Positions 1-13,971 of a DNA stretch of 64,000 nt are shown piece by piece (within the stretch, counting starts at the first letter, position 1; every line of letters starts with the position of its first letter). Below the pieces are notes generated by a model. It was not told the origin of the DNA and searched no databases. It saw nothing but the letters and a program-made list of their open reading frames with translations. The position numbers and the translations under genes were made by a program. This DNA comes from Ascidiella aspersa. Its lineage: Eukaryota. Location of the stretch: the NCBI GenBank assembly GCA_963924565.1, contig OZ004608.1, positions 27,156,001 through 27,220,000 on the forward strand, read 5' to 3'.

Positions 1-3000
1 TGTGTGACGTACTGAAAATAAAACAGTCGAAACATTGAACCGATAATTCACTGTATGACACGAACCAAAATTTTCTATCAATTAGGATTGCGAAAATGCT
101 GTGCAGAACCTGAAAATGTGTTTCATTTTGCTTCTGACGTCCGTATTCCGACGTTTCTTCCAATATTTCATAGGAGATGGCCGCAATTAAATCCGACGAG
201 TCAGGTTCCGTCATTTGTTGTGCAGATAAAGTTGCACCCGAAGCTATGAGTTCAGCTGACATCACCTGAAGTAGGATGTGAAGCATACTTACGAATTTAA
301 ACCAATATTCGGGCACCCAATATGATTTCCTTGGTTATCATGGGTCACATACAATAGGTGTTCGACTTACGTGCGATAGCCTACTTATATATATTTAACT
401 GGGTGGCACGCTCATGTTATAGACGAATATATAAGTTAAGCATTTCCTAACTAAACAATGTTATGTCAAAGACACCGGCTGATACGGATATTTTGTTAAG
501 CTATGATGCAACACCAGCTAACTTTATAAATAAACTTATCACGCCTGTTTTAAACTATTTCTATTATTCATTTTATAGCTAAACCGCCCCCTATTCGTTG
601 TTTTTTTTCCCTGACACGCCATTCTAAACGTAGCGGTGGTCTATAGAAATTTTACTTCTCTTGCGCTGTGTAGCCATACAGTTAAAAAAATACAAACCCA
701 TTTAGTGTCGTTTGGAGACGGAAAGAGCTGGTCTCCAAAGTAAAGCACGAACGCCGTTTTTATTCGTGAGCTTCCCTGCTCCGAAATCGTCCGACTCGGT
801 ATGGTTATGTTCATGGGAATGGACATTTCTTCGTTTTCGCCCTGCCTTACAATTGGGGCAAAAGACTTTCCGCCGTTGCTTGTATCGCCGCTGACTTCAC
901 TTATCTGTACAAACATGGTTTCGGTTTTTGCGAAGACATTTAAAAGACCACAACTTTTTAACTAAGTATCTAAAAAAAACAGAATTCCTTAACGAGTTAT
1001 ATGCTATATTTCTGAGAAACCTTTTTGGGAATTTTAGGAGACTATTCCTTAAAACACCTTCAAAATTTTAGCGTAGGATATAACGCAGACGAAAAAACAA
1101 TATAAGTGAGGGATTTAAAAAAAAAACTGAAAGCACAATCCAGGTGCTTAAAAAATAAAAAAAACGTCCAGAAATATTTAATGAAGAGTAGTAGTATAAA
1201 TTCAAGATTCTTGTTATTTACGCAACCTCTATATCTATAATTAACACCGAACCCTTACATTTGTTTTAAATTTGTATAAAACTGAAGCTTTCTATCGGAC
1301 AGCAGAAAAAGTGTTTGTCCATCATTAAATCATGCCATGAACAAAAATGTGACAATGCATTCGAGTGACGGCAGTGAAAAGTAATAACTTTAATTTAATG
1401 GAGTACTCTCATTAAAAACGGTTTATCACCAATGTATGTATCTCTTTCCCAAAACTACCCCCACAGGTTTTTTTCGCTTTTCCCAAACAGTTAATCAAAA
1501 CAAAAGTGTTATTTGCAATAGACAGTTTTGTTTTGTAGATAAACAACAAAACGCTGACAAAGGTTCACCTGGACAACAAGTTCAGTTGTCTCAACAGTCA
1601 AATCCTCGCCGTTGACTGGCTGATAGTTATGAATATACGAAGAGAGAAGTTGCACGAGTTGGGTAGACTCGATTTGACTGTCTTCCGAGGCAGTGGCTAA
1701 ATGCGAAACAATGTGCACCACGTCCCCAAGCAGTTCTGCCGTAACCTGTAAGGGAATTGAGCTTGTGTTGAGGTGTTGAAATAAACTTGGTATAATTTAG
1801 GTTAAATTTATTAGTTTTACAAATAAAACAAATTGCTTGGTAATATGTTTTTTGCGTTTGTTGTGTACAATATTGCTCAGAATCAAATGAGGTAGCCGGA
1901 ATACATTTAAACAATCTATAAATATAACTAAGGCTATACTTGCTATGGCAAAGAGGAACTGTGATTTGACGTGTAACTTGTGAAAATGACTTGACTGAGA
2001 CCTGCTAAAATAAGTAGCACAGAACACCTCTACAAATATGTAAAGCGAAGCTGAGGTACTTTGTGGTACTGTAGCTAACTTTATATAAATGTAAGGTACA
2101 CCCCACCGTCACATTTGACGTTGTTGCGGCTGTATCGACTGATACGAGATAAGACAGAACCACCGCGCTTTCGTTTTTAGTCAGATTGCCGCTGTACGTC
2201 AGAACTTCTAGTTTGGTCATCGCTTCCTCTGCGCCGTTTTGCGTGTCAATCGGTTCGGAAAGCTAAAAAAAATATATTTTGCTAAATTGCAGGTTCGTTC
2301 ACGATTACCGATACAAAACCTATAGAAAGCATAAGTGTAGCAAATCCATTAATAAGTTTGCAGTCAAACGTAAAATTTTATTAATTTTATCTAATCGGCG
2401 ATAAAAAAAATCATTTTTGTTGCTAAAAAAAGTTTGGTGTTAACTGCTCCGCACTGATGTGCTTTGTGGGATGTTAGACAAAAGTTTACATGCATTGTTA
2501 ATGAAACTGTTGCTATGTTACACACAAAAGTGCGTCAAATGAGTCACATTTATGCGTTTTTACCTCCAGGTCTTCGATTTGAACGGAACAACTAACACGG
2601 TTAATGCTGCTTTTGGAAAACGTCGAAGTCACGAACGTTCCAAGAGCCGTTACCTTCCTTATCGGTACACAAGTGATGGATGCCTGCGGTCGACCTGAGA
2701 ACACGCTTAGTTTGCTAAAATCTAATACCAAATTATTATAAACTTCTGTCATAACTCGATGACAGAAATTCCTTATCGCACTTTTAACTTCTTTTAATTG
2801 TTCCACTCTTTCTTACCGTCTGATGGACACAGCTCTTTAGAGTAGACGATTCTGTTTTCCACGATGGACGGAAATGTTAGGTTTTGAATAGTAGATTCTT
2901 CGCAGTAACCTATATAGTGACATAATTATACAGATAATACCAAGGAATAAACAATACAAGAATTATTAAAAGGAATCTTATGATCTTTAAATGTATTGTC

Positions 3001-6000
3001 AGTATACGCTACTTCTATACCATCAGTTATAAAATAAATAGTTTAAATAGCTGAGTAATCGTTCATCGTACTTTCTGACGGGTTTCCGTCGAGATAAACA
3101 GTGTTTTTCTCTTTTTTGTAGATGATGTAGCTCTGAAGAAGTGACGATCTTGAGATGGATTTATCCAATGAAGTGACCATATATCTGCAAATAACAAATA
3201 GTTTTTTGAATAGTTAGCTTACAGTGCGACAAGAAATCATCACTGTACCGTATTTGTTTGTTTAAAACGTTGGTGATGTTGACATCAAATACAAAGTTTG
3301 TCCGATAGCCAAACGCTTTTGTGATTTCATCGGAAAGGTGTTTTTTGAGCGACCCTTCTTCGACTGGGTTCGATGCTTGCAACAGGTTTTGTTCAAATTC
3401 AAGGTAGTATGTAATCGCTAAAAAATAATGTTTAGTCACGCCACTTTTTGCTGTCAAATATTCAAGCCCCAGCCTATTCAGACTGCTGAACAATACTTTA
3501 ACCGATCAGTATTTACAAACCCTATAGGAACATACCCATATTGTCCAGTTATTATTATAAATATTTGTGTTTACTTTTTTTAAACCTAATACATAACAAA
3601 TGTATATGATTTTTATCTCCAATATAAAGCGATGCGTTAAAGGTCTATTGGTCCTTATTGGTTGTGAAAGGGAAAGGGGACTTTAGAACGTATATGACAC
3701 GTTTTAAACGGGCCAATTATTTCTCCTTGCGCCGAAGGTACACACCATGGTCGGTCAAGAGTTATAGTCTATTACAAACTAATGTTTGTTTATTACAGAC
3801 GATATTACTTCGAATGTTGCATTCCCTATTACTTCCGAGAAGCCGATAAATATTTGACCGTCAATAGTTTTGATTTATTTAGGTTCAGTAAATAACCTAC
3901 TCTGGTTTGCGGTTGGCAAGCACACGAAGCTGCCGATTGTGTTTTGGCAATCCTCAAAAGCTGGACATGGACTCGTCGCCGAAACACACTCGTCAATATC
4001 GTTGCAGGCGAAACCGTCGCCTGCGTAACCGTCTTCACATGTGCAGTCGTACGTTCCGAATACGTTGGTGCAGTTTGCGTTGCGATCACAATGGTTTAAA
4101 GACGAGTTTAGACACTCGTTTGTATCCAGACAGACGCTTTCGTTTTTCTCATATCCTTCAAGCAAGTAAAAATATCATTTTAACCAATTTGGAGGGATGT
4201 CAATTATCGAATTTTGGTCCGCAAAGTACGACTTTGGATATCTATTAAATTAATGAAGTTGTAGTGACACAAAATGAATGTATAAACTACAGTTTGATTT
4301 TTAAAACCTTCCTATTTACAATGCCTGAACTACATAACTGTTATAGTATGACATTGGAGCATCATGGTTGGAGGTTGCGGTAAGACATAATAAGAATATC
4401 AAAGCCCATACAGGAGTAGGTATCATTTTGGACGTTTCGAATAACTCTTTATTCATTTTCAACATCAATGTTGAAAATGAATAAAGAGTTATTCGAAACG
4501 TCCAAAATGATACCTACCTCAGTATGACATTAATTATAAAATCTGTGGTTATGCTTATAATATTACTTTTGAAGATTTGCGATGGAAAAACTTGCTGCTT
4601 TAATATTGATTGATCGAAAGGAGAAGAAAAGTCATCGAACGTGGAAAGGATAAAATGGCGGTCGTTGGATTTTCCGCCATTTGCAGACATTTTAAGTTCT
4701 GAAGAGCTGACGTTTACTCCAAAAGCATAGACGGTAATATTGTTATATTCCGTCAGATTGTAGCTGTAAAAAGCAAGATTACAAGTTTAAAGTGAGACTA
4801 ATTTTAAAAATAACTATTTTGTTTTTTTAAATTAAAACCAATTTTATTGCTATTTTCTTTTATATTAAAATATTGATAAAAGCTACGATCTTAGTTATAT
4901 GAACATTACACATGCCTAAAGAACAAGCGTGGTAATGTAACCCCACACTTTTTGTTCCTACACCTAAATACTTTGTTAGGTTAATACTTAATGTTAAACT
5001 TTTAATTGTATTGAAATGTCAAATGGAATCGTTTCTTAATTTTATTTCTAATTTTTAGTTGGAAAATAGGGAAATTTGCACTTGGTTTAATGTTGATATG
5101 TTTGCTCAAGAAGAAACAAATTGAACTGGCAACCTGCGTTCGCCTATTATAGTAAAAAACTAAATAGTAAGAAAATTTACATCTAGGAAAACTTATATCT
5201 ATACTTACCTGCGCTCAAGGTAGTCGAAATCCGAAGCTGGTCCTCCCGTTATAAGAATCAGCTGCTTTGTTGATGATTTTCGAAACTTGGATGAGCTGAA
5301 GTCAAACTATAACGGTATAGCATTTTTTCAACAACAAAGCGATTACCAGATTATTTTTGAAACCGATGCACCAATAGTTTTTTGTCACATTGTCTTTGGT
5401 ATCATAATAATTGTTGCCTTTGATTTATAAAATATTGCATTAGTATACAGCTATTTTGAATATTGATGCTTTTTAAATCATAACTAACACTTGACAAATT
5501 GTTTTTAGTTGAATAGTGTTTACCCTAAAAATGAATACATTTTGTTTCCAATTACCATTAGGTCCTATATCGAATGACGTCGTTACTATACTCAAACAAG
5601 CAAAACATTAAATATCGAAAGTACTTTTCTCAGGTTATTAGGCTAAAATTTCCTTTATCGCTAATAATGTTTAGCTGTCTCAAGCTACTATTTTTTTTAT
5701 ATAACCTCCATTATGTTAGCTATACCTTGATAGCAAAATCAATCGCAAGAGCAGTTGGCCGGTTTCTGGACGGCAGGTGAAGCATAGTTTCGTTAATCGA
5801 GTTGTTTAAGCAAGCAATCGTTGAGCAATCTCCCAGCATTATTGCAGTGCTAAAAATAGAAAGTTTAATTTTTGTTAAAAAAGCGACAAGCAACGTTCTA
5901 TATGTGCATGGGTTCACACAATTTATAGAAACTCGCGTTCCTATGCAAATAATATGCTTCATATTCACAATGATTAGCATTATACGGGAAGTGTTTTCAG

Positions 6001-9000
6001 ATATATGGAGACGTCGCACTTAGAAAAAGAAAAATGTAAAACCCGCAAATTGTGCAAGTTGTTTGATACGTGTGGTTTTCTTTCGCTAAACTTTAGCTTA
6101 GAAATGACTAATCTAAGTCATCATCGAACATTCAAACAGTTTATTATGCCACAATAAGAAATGGTATAAAGGTGAGTTAATTGCTAGGTACAGATTCATT
6201 GCCACCCCAGAATATATGATTTTACACAGTTCAACATATGTGATAGTGTGAACGGCGCCCTTTTGACTGAAACCTTTCCTTCAACCGTAAAAAAACTAGT
6301 AAAACAGGAAATAAGTAGTTGAAATGATAAATTAGCATAACATAATATTGAACAAATTATTGTTTTTCGAAGAGTCTTTCGCTATAAATCCTTCACGCCC
6401 CCTTAGGTGGTGCGCACCCGCCAGTTTAAGAACCCCTGATTTAATGCTGTTATTTCATCCACACCATCAACAAATATTTTGATAAATTGTTAAAGCTCAA
6501 GTGCAAGTTTTTAAAGCTATTTTCATATTTCGAATGCATAATTGTAAGATGTAAATTTTGACTTTTATAAAAGGAAGATAAACTAAATATTTACTTAAAA
6601 TATTGTCCATATTGCAAAATGCCGACTTGTACTCTTGTTCCAATAAAACCATCGTAAATGCTCATTGCATCGGACAGCGCGGCTTTGATTTTTTCGAAGT
6701 CAGTTGTGGAAGTGATTGAACTATCCACCACATACATGATATCTGTGATTTCTGGTAGAAAAATAATATAGAACTTAAAACGTATATTAGAACAAAGAAA
6801 AACAAAGGATAAAAAATTTAACTTAGATTTAACAATATCAAATATTATGTATGTGTTATGTGTTTCTATCATTTTTACAATTATACTTTTCTTTGTTTAT
6901 TTTATTTTTGTTTTGATACTGAATTGTAAAATATTTTTTTTATAAAACATAATGATTGAAATATTGCAGTTATACAACAAACCATTTTTGAACGCCCCTT
7001 CTGTACAAGGTTACTTACTCAGCAGTTTAAATAGTAGAAAAATATATAAATTATACATAGGACACAGCTAAGATATTACAGAACTATAAATGCATGTCAT
7101 TTACCAGCAACCTGCGTTGTAATGACTTAAGTGACCTTAAGTCAGTGTTTTAAACGATTTGAATTGACTTAAGTCGGTTAGGTAAAACCATTTGACTTGA
7201 CTTAAGTCTTCTGGACAAATGACCTGACTTAGACTTAAGTCAGTGAGTCAAATAACTTCGGTTGAAATTATGTGTTTTCATTTAAAATTTTGTTATAAAT
7301 TTAGCTATTTATATGAAGTTTTGCACGTAAAACAATTATATTTTAACATGTAGTTAATTTTTGCTCATAATCGGACGAATTCATCGATTTTAATGGTGTT
7401 TCGTTTTTATATAATATCAGTGACATGACTTGGAGATGAATAGGCCTAATAACTTTGACTGGGATTGGACTGGGCAACCATTGCAAGATGACCTTAGGGC
7501 TTAAATCAATGTTTGGATTCCAAAGTACTTTAGTTAATAACAAACGGACGTCAGACCTAAATGCGATTTGTTTACCGAGCGGTCTTTGGCAAATGTAGCC
7601 AGCGTAGTTAGTGCACATGGAATCGGTCCATCCGTATCCATCGTCTCCATTGGAGATTAATACACAGTCTTCTTTTGCAGCGTTGGTCGGTTGGTCATCG
7701 ATCCAAGAACCAACATCATCGGACATCACACTTCCGTCAGCCCAGTGAAAGTTGCTGTTCATCAGTTTGCCTGGTGACATTGCGTGAGTGCGGGTATTTA
7801 GGTTGAGTTTTGCTATCCAATTTACGATTTTCATAGCAGAATAGATTTGGTTTTCGTTAGATGAGAAATATTTGTCTATTTTATTCCATTTTTGTCGTAA
7901 TACACTTTCATTATATGGCGTTTTTATTAATATCAATATACTAGTGATTTCTTATGTTTATTTTTTGTAAGCAACTTTTTTTTTTTTTTTAAGTTGTTAA
8001 AACGTCTGCAGTTCGTTCAGTGCCTAATCGAATATTGTATACGAAACGCATCATTAGTGGAAAAAATGCAAACTGCAAAGTTCAAAAAACCATAACTGCC
8101 ACAACCTGATCCACTGCTTGTTGGGTTGCGCCGTAAGCCAGTGTAGTAGGATGAGCTTCCATCTACATAACAGTCTAATTCGTTATCTATGTAGGTTGTA
8201 CGTAGGTGGAAAAAAGCTTACGTATTTTATAAAAGTGCATTAGTGTCATCGACCTGTCCTCTTTCCAAACCAAGTTATTTAAAAATGGTTGCGAGACGCC
8301 AGACAACCTTCTGCGCGTGTTAAAAGACTCAGTTTGCGAACAGGTTATGTTTACATTTCGTTACGTGTTTGGTTGACTTCGAGGACACTGCACTTTTTAC
8401 TTCAAATTTTAAAGTTTGTTTTTATTCGAGTAAGTATAAAACATTGTACCGACGGACAACAGATCAGGCATGACCTACTTGTGGCATTTACAGCTTTCAC
8501 GATGGTGTCCGCCACTGTTGAAATAAGATTCCTGATCTCTGTTTCATTCACTACATCACCGGAGTCCCTTTGAACATTCGCACACATTGCAAAGCTTATT
8601 TCTATACGAATTAAAACTAGCTTTTTGGGAAATGGAGCGCCCTGAAAATCAAAGTCGCCGACGCAAAGACGAAACCTTTTTAAAGTTTAATTATATCAAA
8701 GTTTTATTTTTTGCGTCGAGGGCAAATAACGAAAACTTTTCTAAAGGTAAAACCATGGCGAATGACCGTGAAGCCTTTCCATTGTTTCACTTTTCGGCAC
8801 TTTTAAAAACATCTAACAAGATGTTTTGCGGTTGGCAGCTTGGCACATTTTGATTTATTTAATTTAATTAACCTTAACAAGTTATGAAGAACGATTTAGA
8901 TATACAATTCGCAGTATATTTTGAGTAACTGCAGCTAAGTACCGAAGAAAATTTGATTATTTTTCAACGGCTTTTAAAGGGTTTAATGGTTATCTGCTTA

Positions 9001-12000
9001 CTACTATTTTAATCTAGATCGGGGTCTTTCAGGGTTCCTTTGATATTTTTTACGCAGTTAAACTAAGATAGCTAATATAGTTTCAAGTCCATGAATATGA
9101 TTTTCCACACACTATTTATAAGAATTATTGCCTATTTTTACATAGAATACACGTGTCCGTTAAGCGAACATTTCTAACTAATTGGGTTGTTTTGTTATTT
9201 GTCGGTTTCTTGTGGAACCCATGCGGTGGTCAATTGAACTCCGTGTGGTGGTTACTGGTCGAAGCCAATAAGTTTATTACACTTACTTGGCGAAAAAAGT
9301 GTATCCGAAAACCACGTTGTTAACACTGGTGTCGTTGTTGGTGATAGATGCATCGAAATTAATGGTTGAGAAATCGACCCAAACATATCGAGAAGTTAGT
9401 TTTGCTTGCGAGGATGACCACTACAGGGCAAATAATTTTACTTTAAGTTAATAGGATTTTCGAAAACATTTTTCATAGATTTGTTTGCCGCAATTTCGAG
9501 TAACCATGTTAAAAATCATGCACCCTAATTTATCTTATACTTTTAACCTTTAAAAATATTTTGACTTCAAGTTGCGTGTTAACCTTGTCAATATATAGTT
9601 ATATTTATATATATTGCCTAGACTATCAAATGTTGTAAATCAAATCAATTGACAAAACTTATGGGCATACAAGTATTACCTTATCAGAATAAATGGCTAT
9701 AAATGCGAAAATAGTAACGGCGATCCTGAGAGCTAACATATAAAATTGTTGAATTGTTGTTCACGCTATTCACGCGAGATTAATCATTAGAGATTGTATA
9801 AGTTATGCCATTCAACCAATTGCCGAAATATAAACAAAATTGTCATGTAAATCGCATACCAGATGACTTCGTAGAACGAAGAAGACTTTCGCCACCATTT
9901 GTTTAGTGAGGTAGTTGGCAATATGGAAAACGCTGTACTGCAGCTCGTAGTCTTGGGCAACCATGGAGTTAGATAGTGGACCAGCGATTCCAGTAGATTC
10001 TTCTCGTATTGTTAGTTTTGAATACACCTGTACAAAACAGGGAAAGGTTTTTAACGGTTTGTATTTCAATTTTAACAAACCTAAGCAAGGATTGAGTAAA
10101 GCATCTTTAGGAGTAATTTTAATTTTTGTAAAATTTTCCGCTTTAACAATCGTAAGAATAAACAAAACAAACTCTCTAATCTCAATTAAATATCTTTTTT
10201 AAGGCAAGGTATATTGCCGTTAAGTGAAAGTGTGTTTGAAATTTCCGATTAAGACAATAGTGGTTCAGGACGTTTCCTTAGGGACCGTATCACCAGTAGG
10301 GTCCAGGAGCCCACGAGGTATAGACCCAAGTTTTTAAATTATTATCCTTTTTTTGTTTGTGTTGATATCTATATAGTAAGTATAGTAGACTATAGTAGGT
10401 CTAGTAAGTGATGTTTTTGATATTTTGTTTAACTTTAGCGCCAACTCAAAAGCCAAACAACAACTTGCTCTGAGAAAAAAAAAACAGCGCGATTCTACTT
10501 AACCAGGCAGGCAGCCACTAAAAATGTTTTTTCGCTTAAAGGCAACTGTTTTGTCTTAGGGAAAGTAAGAAGAAAAAAAAGAAAGAAGTTAATTCTGGCT
10601 TGTACTTTTCATTGGCCAAGAAGGAGGCCGTAAATGTCTGAGCAGGTCATTCAGCCAAAGTCGTCTGGCAAACCGTTACCGCTAGGGTGAACAGGCCAGG
10701 TATCACTCAAGAAAAAAACAGGCCAGGTTATAGGACTGAGGCAACTTATATAGATTTAAAAAGTTATCTCGTGAAATAATTGTTATTACTGATGACAATA
10801 ATTGTTTATTATTGATTATATTTTGAAGAATACTAAAAATATATATTAAACAAAGCATTACCCGCATTGCGTATTTTGGGGAAGTTTGGGTTGATCCAAT
10901 GCACAAGAGGGAGACAAAGGGGTGAACAGCAAGTGATGAAAAAGAAAAGTCTGGAAGTCTGTATAATAAGAATTAATATAGTTTTAATGATTTGTAAAAT
11001 ATGGTTTTGACAAGCATTAGTTTCGTTACAACAATTGGTTTTCGTAAAACACAATTTATTTACCTAAGATAACGTTCACATTTTAACTTTGCTTGTATTC
11101 TGAAACAGCCTAAAAAATACTGAGAACGTTGACATATACTTACATGTAGCTTCGATTGTTTTCTGCAATTTGACCAGGGTACTGCCTTCCGAAATGAATC
11201 TAAACACAGTTACCAGTAATTAACTAAAGCGTAAACAATTCCGTAAAGTATAACCAAAACAATGTTTAGTTTGTTCTCAATTGATAAATAAGATATGGGA
11301 CTGTTAAAAACAAATGATAAAAGCTTCAGTTTTAAGGGCCATGCAAATCACGACGACATTTTGTGCAGTGTAAACTCATAAACTATACAAAGAGCATTTC
11401 TGTTAAATGAGACGAGTAGGCTATATCAAACAATATTTGGCATCATGAATGCTTTAAATTGAACGTTTTTCCTTTAAATAAAGTAAACGTAATTTTAGCT
11501 GCATATTTGCGCATTAGTTCACCGAGAACTGAAAGCGCCTAAGGATTAACAGTTCTATGACGTAGGTTTGTGACGTCATCCCTGAAAATTTACATGCCCT
11601 CCCAATAAAACTCCTGGATCCGCACCTGTTACGGTGAATGCTAAGTTAGTTCTGTTACGATTTTAAAAGTATCTACCGTGTTTTCTGTGTCGAAAATAGT
11701 GTAGCCATTGTCCTTGTTGTATGAATAGTTGTAGAATTGGTCGACTTGCGAGCTCAAAGCAGCCGAACTTACTTTGAACATCAGCTGATCTGCACGGGGG
11801 AAGTCTACAAAGCACAGTCCGCTTAAGTTGGTAAGTATGCAGTATATTTCACGTTGTAAATAGAGAATTCTGCCTCGACAAGCAAGGATATGGCAAACTT
11901 ACATCACTAAAACATCATTTATAACGAATTTAAATCTTCTAAATTTTCACTTTTAGATAAGACAGATTACCTTGAGGTCCGATTTGATACACCCACAGGT

Positions 12001-12770
12001 TTACTTTAGCGTTGCGAAAATTGTTAAGTGGGGCAAAAATAGATTACATTCTTGGTGTATATAGCAGTGTTGCAAACAAGTCATTTTAAAGTAACTCAAG
12101 TCACGGTCGGGTCATTTGAAGAATAACTTAAGTCTAGGTCAAGTCTTTTGCAAAAATAACAAGTCAATTCCAAGTAAAGTCATTATGAGAGCAAGTTAAT
12201 TTCAAGTCATACTATATTAAACTATTAAAATTGGTAAACTAAATTTGATAAACTTAACAAAATGACTTAAGTTCAAGTCAAGTCATTTTGGTCAACGGAC
12301 TTGAGTTAAGTCAATTCATTTAAAAAGAGTGACTCAAGTGCATTTAAGTCAAGTCTATGACTTAAGTCATTACAACACTGGTGTATAGTCACAGTATCAT
12401 GATATATTATAGCGTTTATATAGCAGAAATTCGCCCGGTTTGGAACAAATTGTTATTCAAGAAATCCTGTTGTTAAAATTTTGTTTGCAATTAAGGTTAC
12501 AACTTATATGTAGCGCTTTCGATGTATTCTTTCAAGTACTAGTTACAACTTACATGTAGCGCTTTCGATGTATTCTTTCAAGTGCTGATACGTTGCGTTG
12601 GACTTTACCATAGCAAGGCTAGCGTTCATCTTTGCGCATTCGCACTGCGCCGCATTAAAGCCAAACACAGTTTGGTTGTTGCTCACAAAATATTCCACTT
12701 GGTCGACAGTTAACCAGGTAGAGAGGGCTTCTCGAGAAAGTAAGATACAGATGAAGTACGAGAACAACAT
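1..12770 (-). CDS. Multi-exon secreted/membrane receptor, probably adhesion GPCR (signal peptide, CTL-like, C-type lectin, VWA, Ca-EGF, GAIN-like); 3' end lies outside the window
   Basis: ATG at 12770 starts the hydrophobic leader MLFSYFICILLS, and the first donor GTAAGT is at 12553. Downstream GT-AG exons encode CTL (~7576-7770), VWA (~6597-6752, ~5723-5840, ~5209-5310, ~4570-4763) and EGF (3901-4155) segments. A GAIN-like stretch (MNITIPSRTISEQGSSRIKTAFVLYFGDQLFP) is at ~700-950. No GPS or 7TM is visible, so the GPCR call is inferred from the architecture. Several middle exons were not phased with certainty. Confidence 0.6.
3901..4155 (-). CDS. Exon with two calcium-binding EGF-like repeats
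   Basis: DTNEC...CTNVFGTYDCTCEDGYAGDGFAC and DIDEC...CQNTIGSFVC match the cbEGF pattern. The exon is bounded by an AG acceptor and a GTAGGT donor. Confidence 0.9.
4416..4517. repeat. Perfect 50-bp inverted repeat (2-nt loop) containing a hammerhead-like motif
   Basis: Arm 4416-4465 is the exact reverse complement of 4468-4517, with loop CA. Confidence 0.95.
4570..6752 (-). CDS. von Willebrand factor A domain exons of the receptor gene (approximate span)
   Basis: Successive exons read TDIMYVVDSSITS...VQVGILQYG, PTALAIDFAIK, RKSSTKQLILITGGPASD and ITVYAFGVNVSSSEL, which is the usual order of VWA elements. Confidence 0.8.
7576..7770 (-). CDS. C-type lectin domain exon (C-terminal half)
   Basis: FHWADGS...WIDDQPTNAAKEDCV...WTDSMC...YICQ matches the CTLD signature. 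A GTAAAC donor follows. Confidence 0.85.
12065..12380. mobile_element. hAT-like MITE rich in GACTTAAGTC palindromes
   Basis: TIRs CAGTGTTG...CAACACTG; flanks GTATATAG / GTGTATAG match 7/8. Related copies are at ~7110-7260, 21156-21449, ~31910-32015, ~48200-48260 and ~50715-50990. Confidence 0.8.
12496..12587. repeat. 46-bp tandem duplication of an exon end plus splice donor
   Basis: 12496-12541 and 12542-12587 are near-identical. The intronic copy has ATAAGT where the exon copy has GTAAGT. Confidence 0.9.
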
Positions 12771-13971
12771 GGTGCTAATCGTTTGCAGAAAATGGTCAAC
12801 TGCTTCACTTGACAAGTATTTATGCTAAATAAGTTGACGACAAACTTTTTTGTGCGTATTGCAAGACGTCATAATGGCATTTAGGAATTGATGGTATTGT
12901 CGACCTTTAGACGACTTTATTTTGTTTTTATAAACTTTTAAACTCTTTTCACGCTATTAGAATAGACGTTTGCGTCAGCCTTGTAATATTTTAGAACTGT
13001 TTTGTTAAACTGCATATTTTGCCAAAATGAAATTAAAACCATGGTATGATTTGATATGGGCCTACATAGGTCTTGCCAACATTGCAGTTCTGTCACCAAA
13101 TTATATCCTAGTATTAAACATTTGTACTAATTTGGCTCGTCACTAACTGGATTAGTCGAAACCTGATACTTTTTATTGCTAGTAAAACATGAAATGTTAG
13201 TGCAAAACACATGCAAGGTTATTTTTTGAGTAAACACCCTTCAACCAAATGAAGTATCGCAGTACCCACTTTTAGCGATTTTAGAAAAAACAAACTCTTA
13301 CTTTGTTAATTCCATTTATTACAAGTTTAAAATAAATTGCATGGTACAAAAAATGCGTTGAAGACAAATTATTAATGTCCTGACGGTTTTAATGTTAACT
13401 TGGCATTAATTTGCTCATACACTGCTCAAAAATGCGTCTAATATTAAACCACGGCAGAGCTCGCATCATATGTTGTGAGCCTCTGTAATACACAAATTAG
13501 TTTAAATCGGGGATTGGTGACGTGAGCGTGTTCTTTGAAGTTTACACCTTAACAGCGAAAATGTTGAACTATACGACTCCTCGAGAATTGTCTAAATTAT
13601 AATCAATTTTTTTTCTATGCGATTTCTATAAAACGTTTACTGTATACGTTCGGCGAAATATGCCAAGTTTGTTTAACAATCCTATATCTTAATCGTTACT
13701 AATCTGTTGACGGTTCGTTCGTGATTTCTAATTCGAACACTTTTACTCTGGGGACCCAATTAGGCTACATATAGTATTTCCATTGAAATTTAATTCGTAC
13801 AATTCGACAGTTTGTCATGTTTATTGGACGGAACTATCAAAGCAAACTGTATTTTTTTTAACTATTTGCCAAATGATAACACACAATCGATTAAGGCGTC
13901 ATGCATTGCACTGTTTAAACTTGAAGTTTTAACGAATAAAGACCAACACGAAATACAAATAAAGATATGTT

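Noticed and set aside
6622-6640. VQVG as a RHIM core linked to the RIPK-like kinase
   Set aside because: It is a normal beta-strand of the extracellular VWA domain in a different gene.
10500-10750. GC-richer intronic stretch resembling a LINE 5' UTR or HDV-like ribozyme
   Set aside because: I could not build the nested pseudoknot, and no ORF or second copy is in the window.
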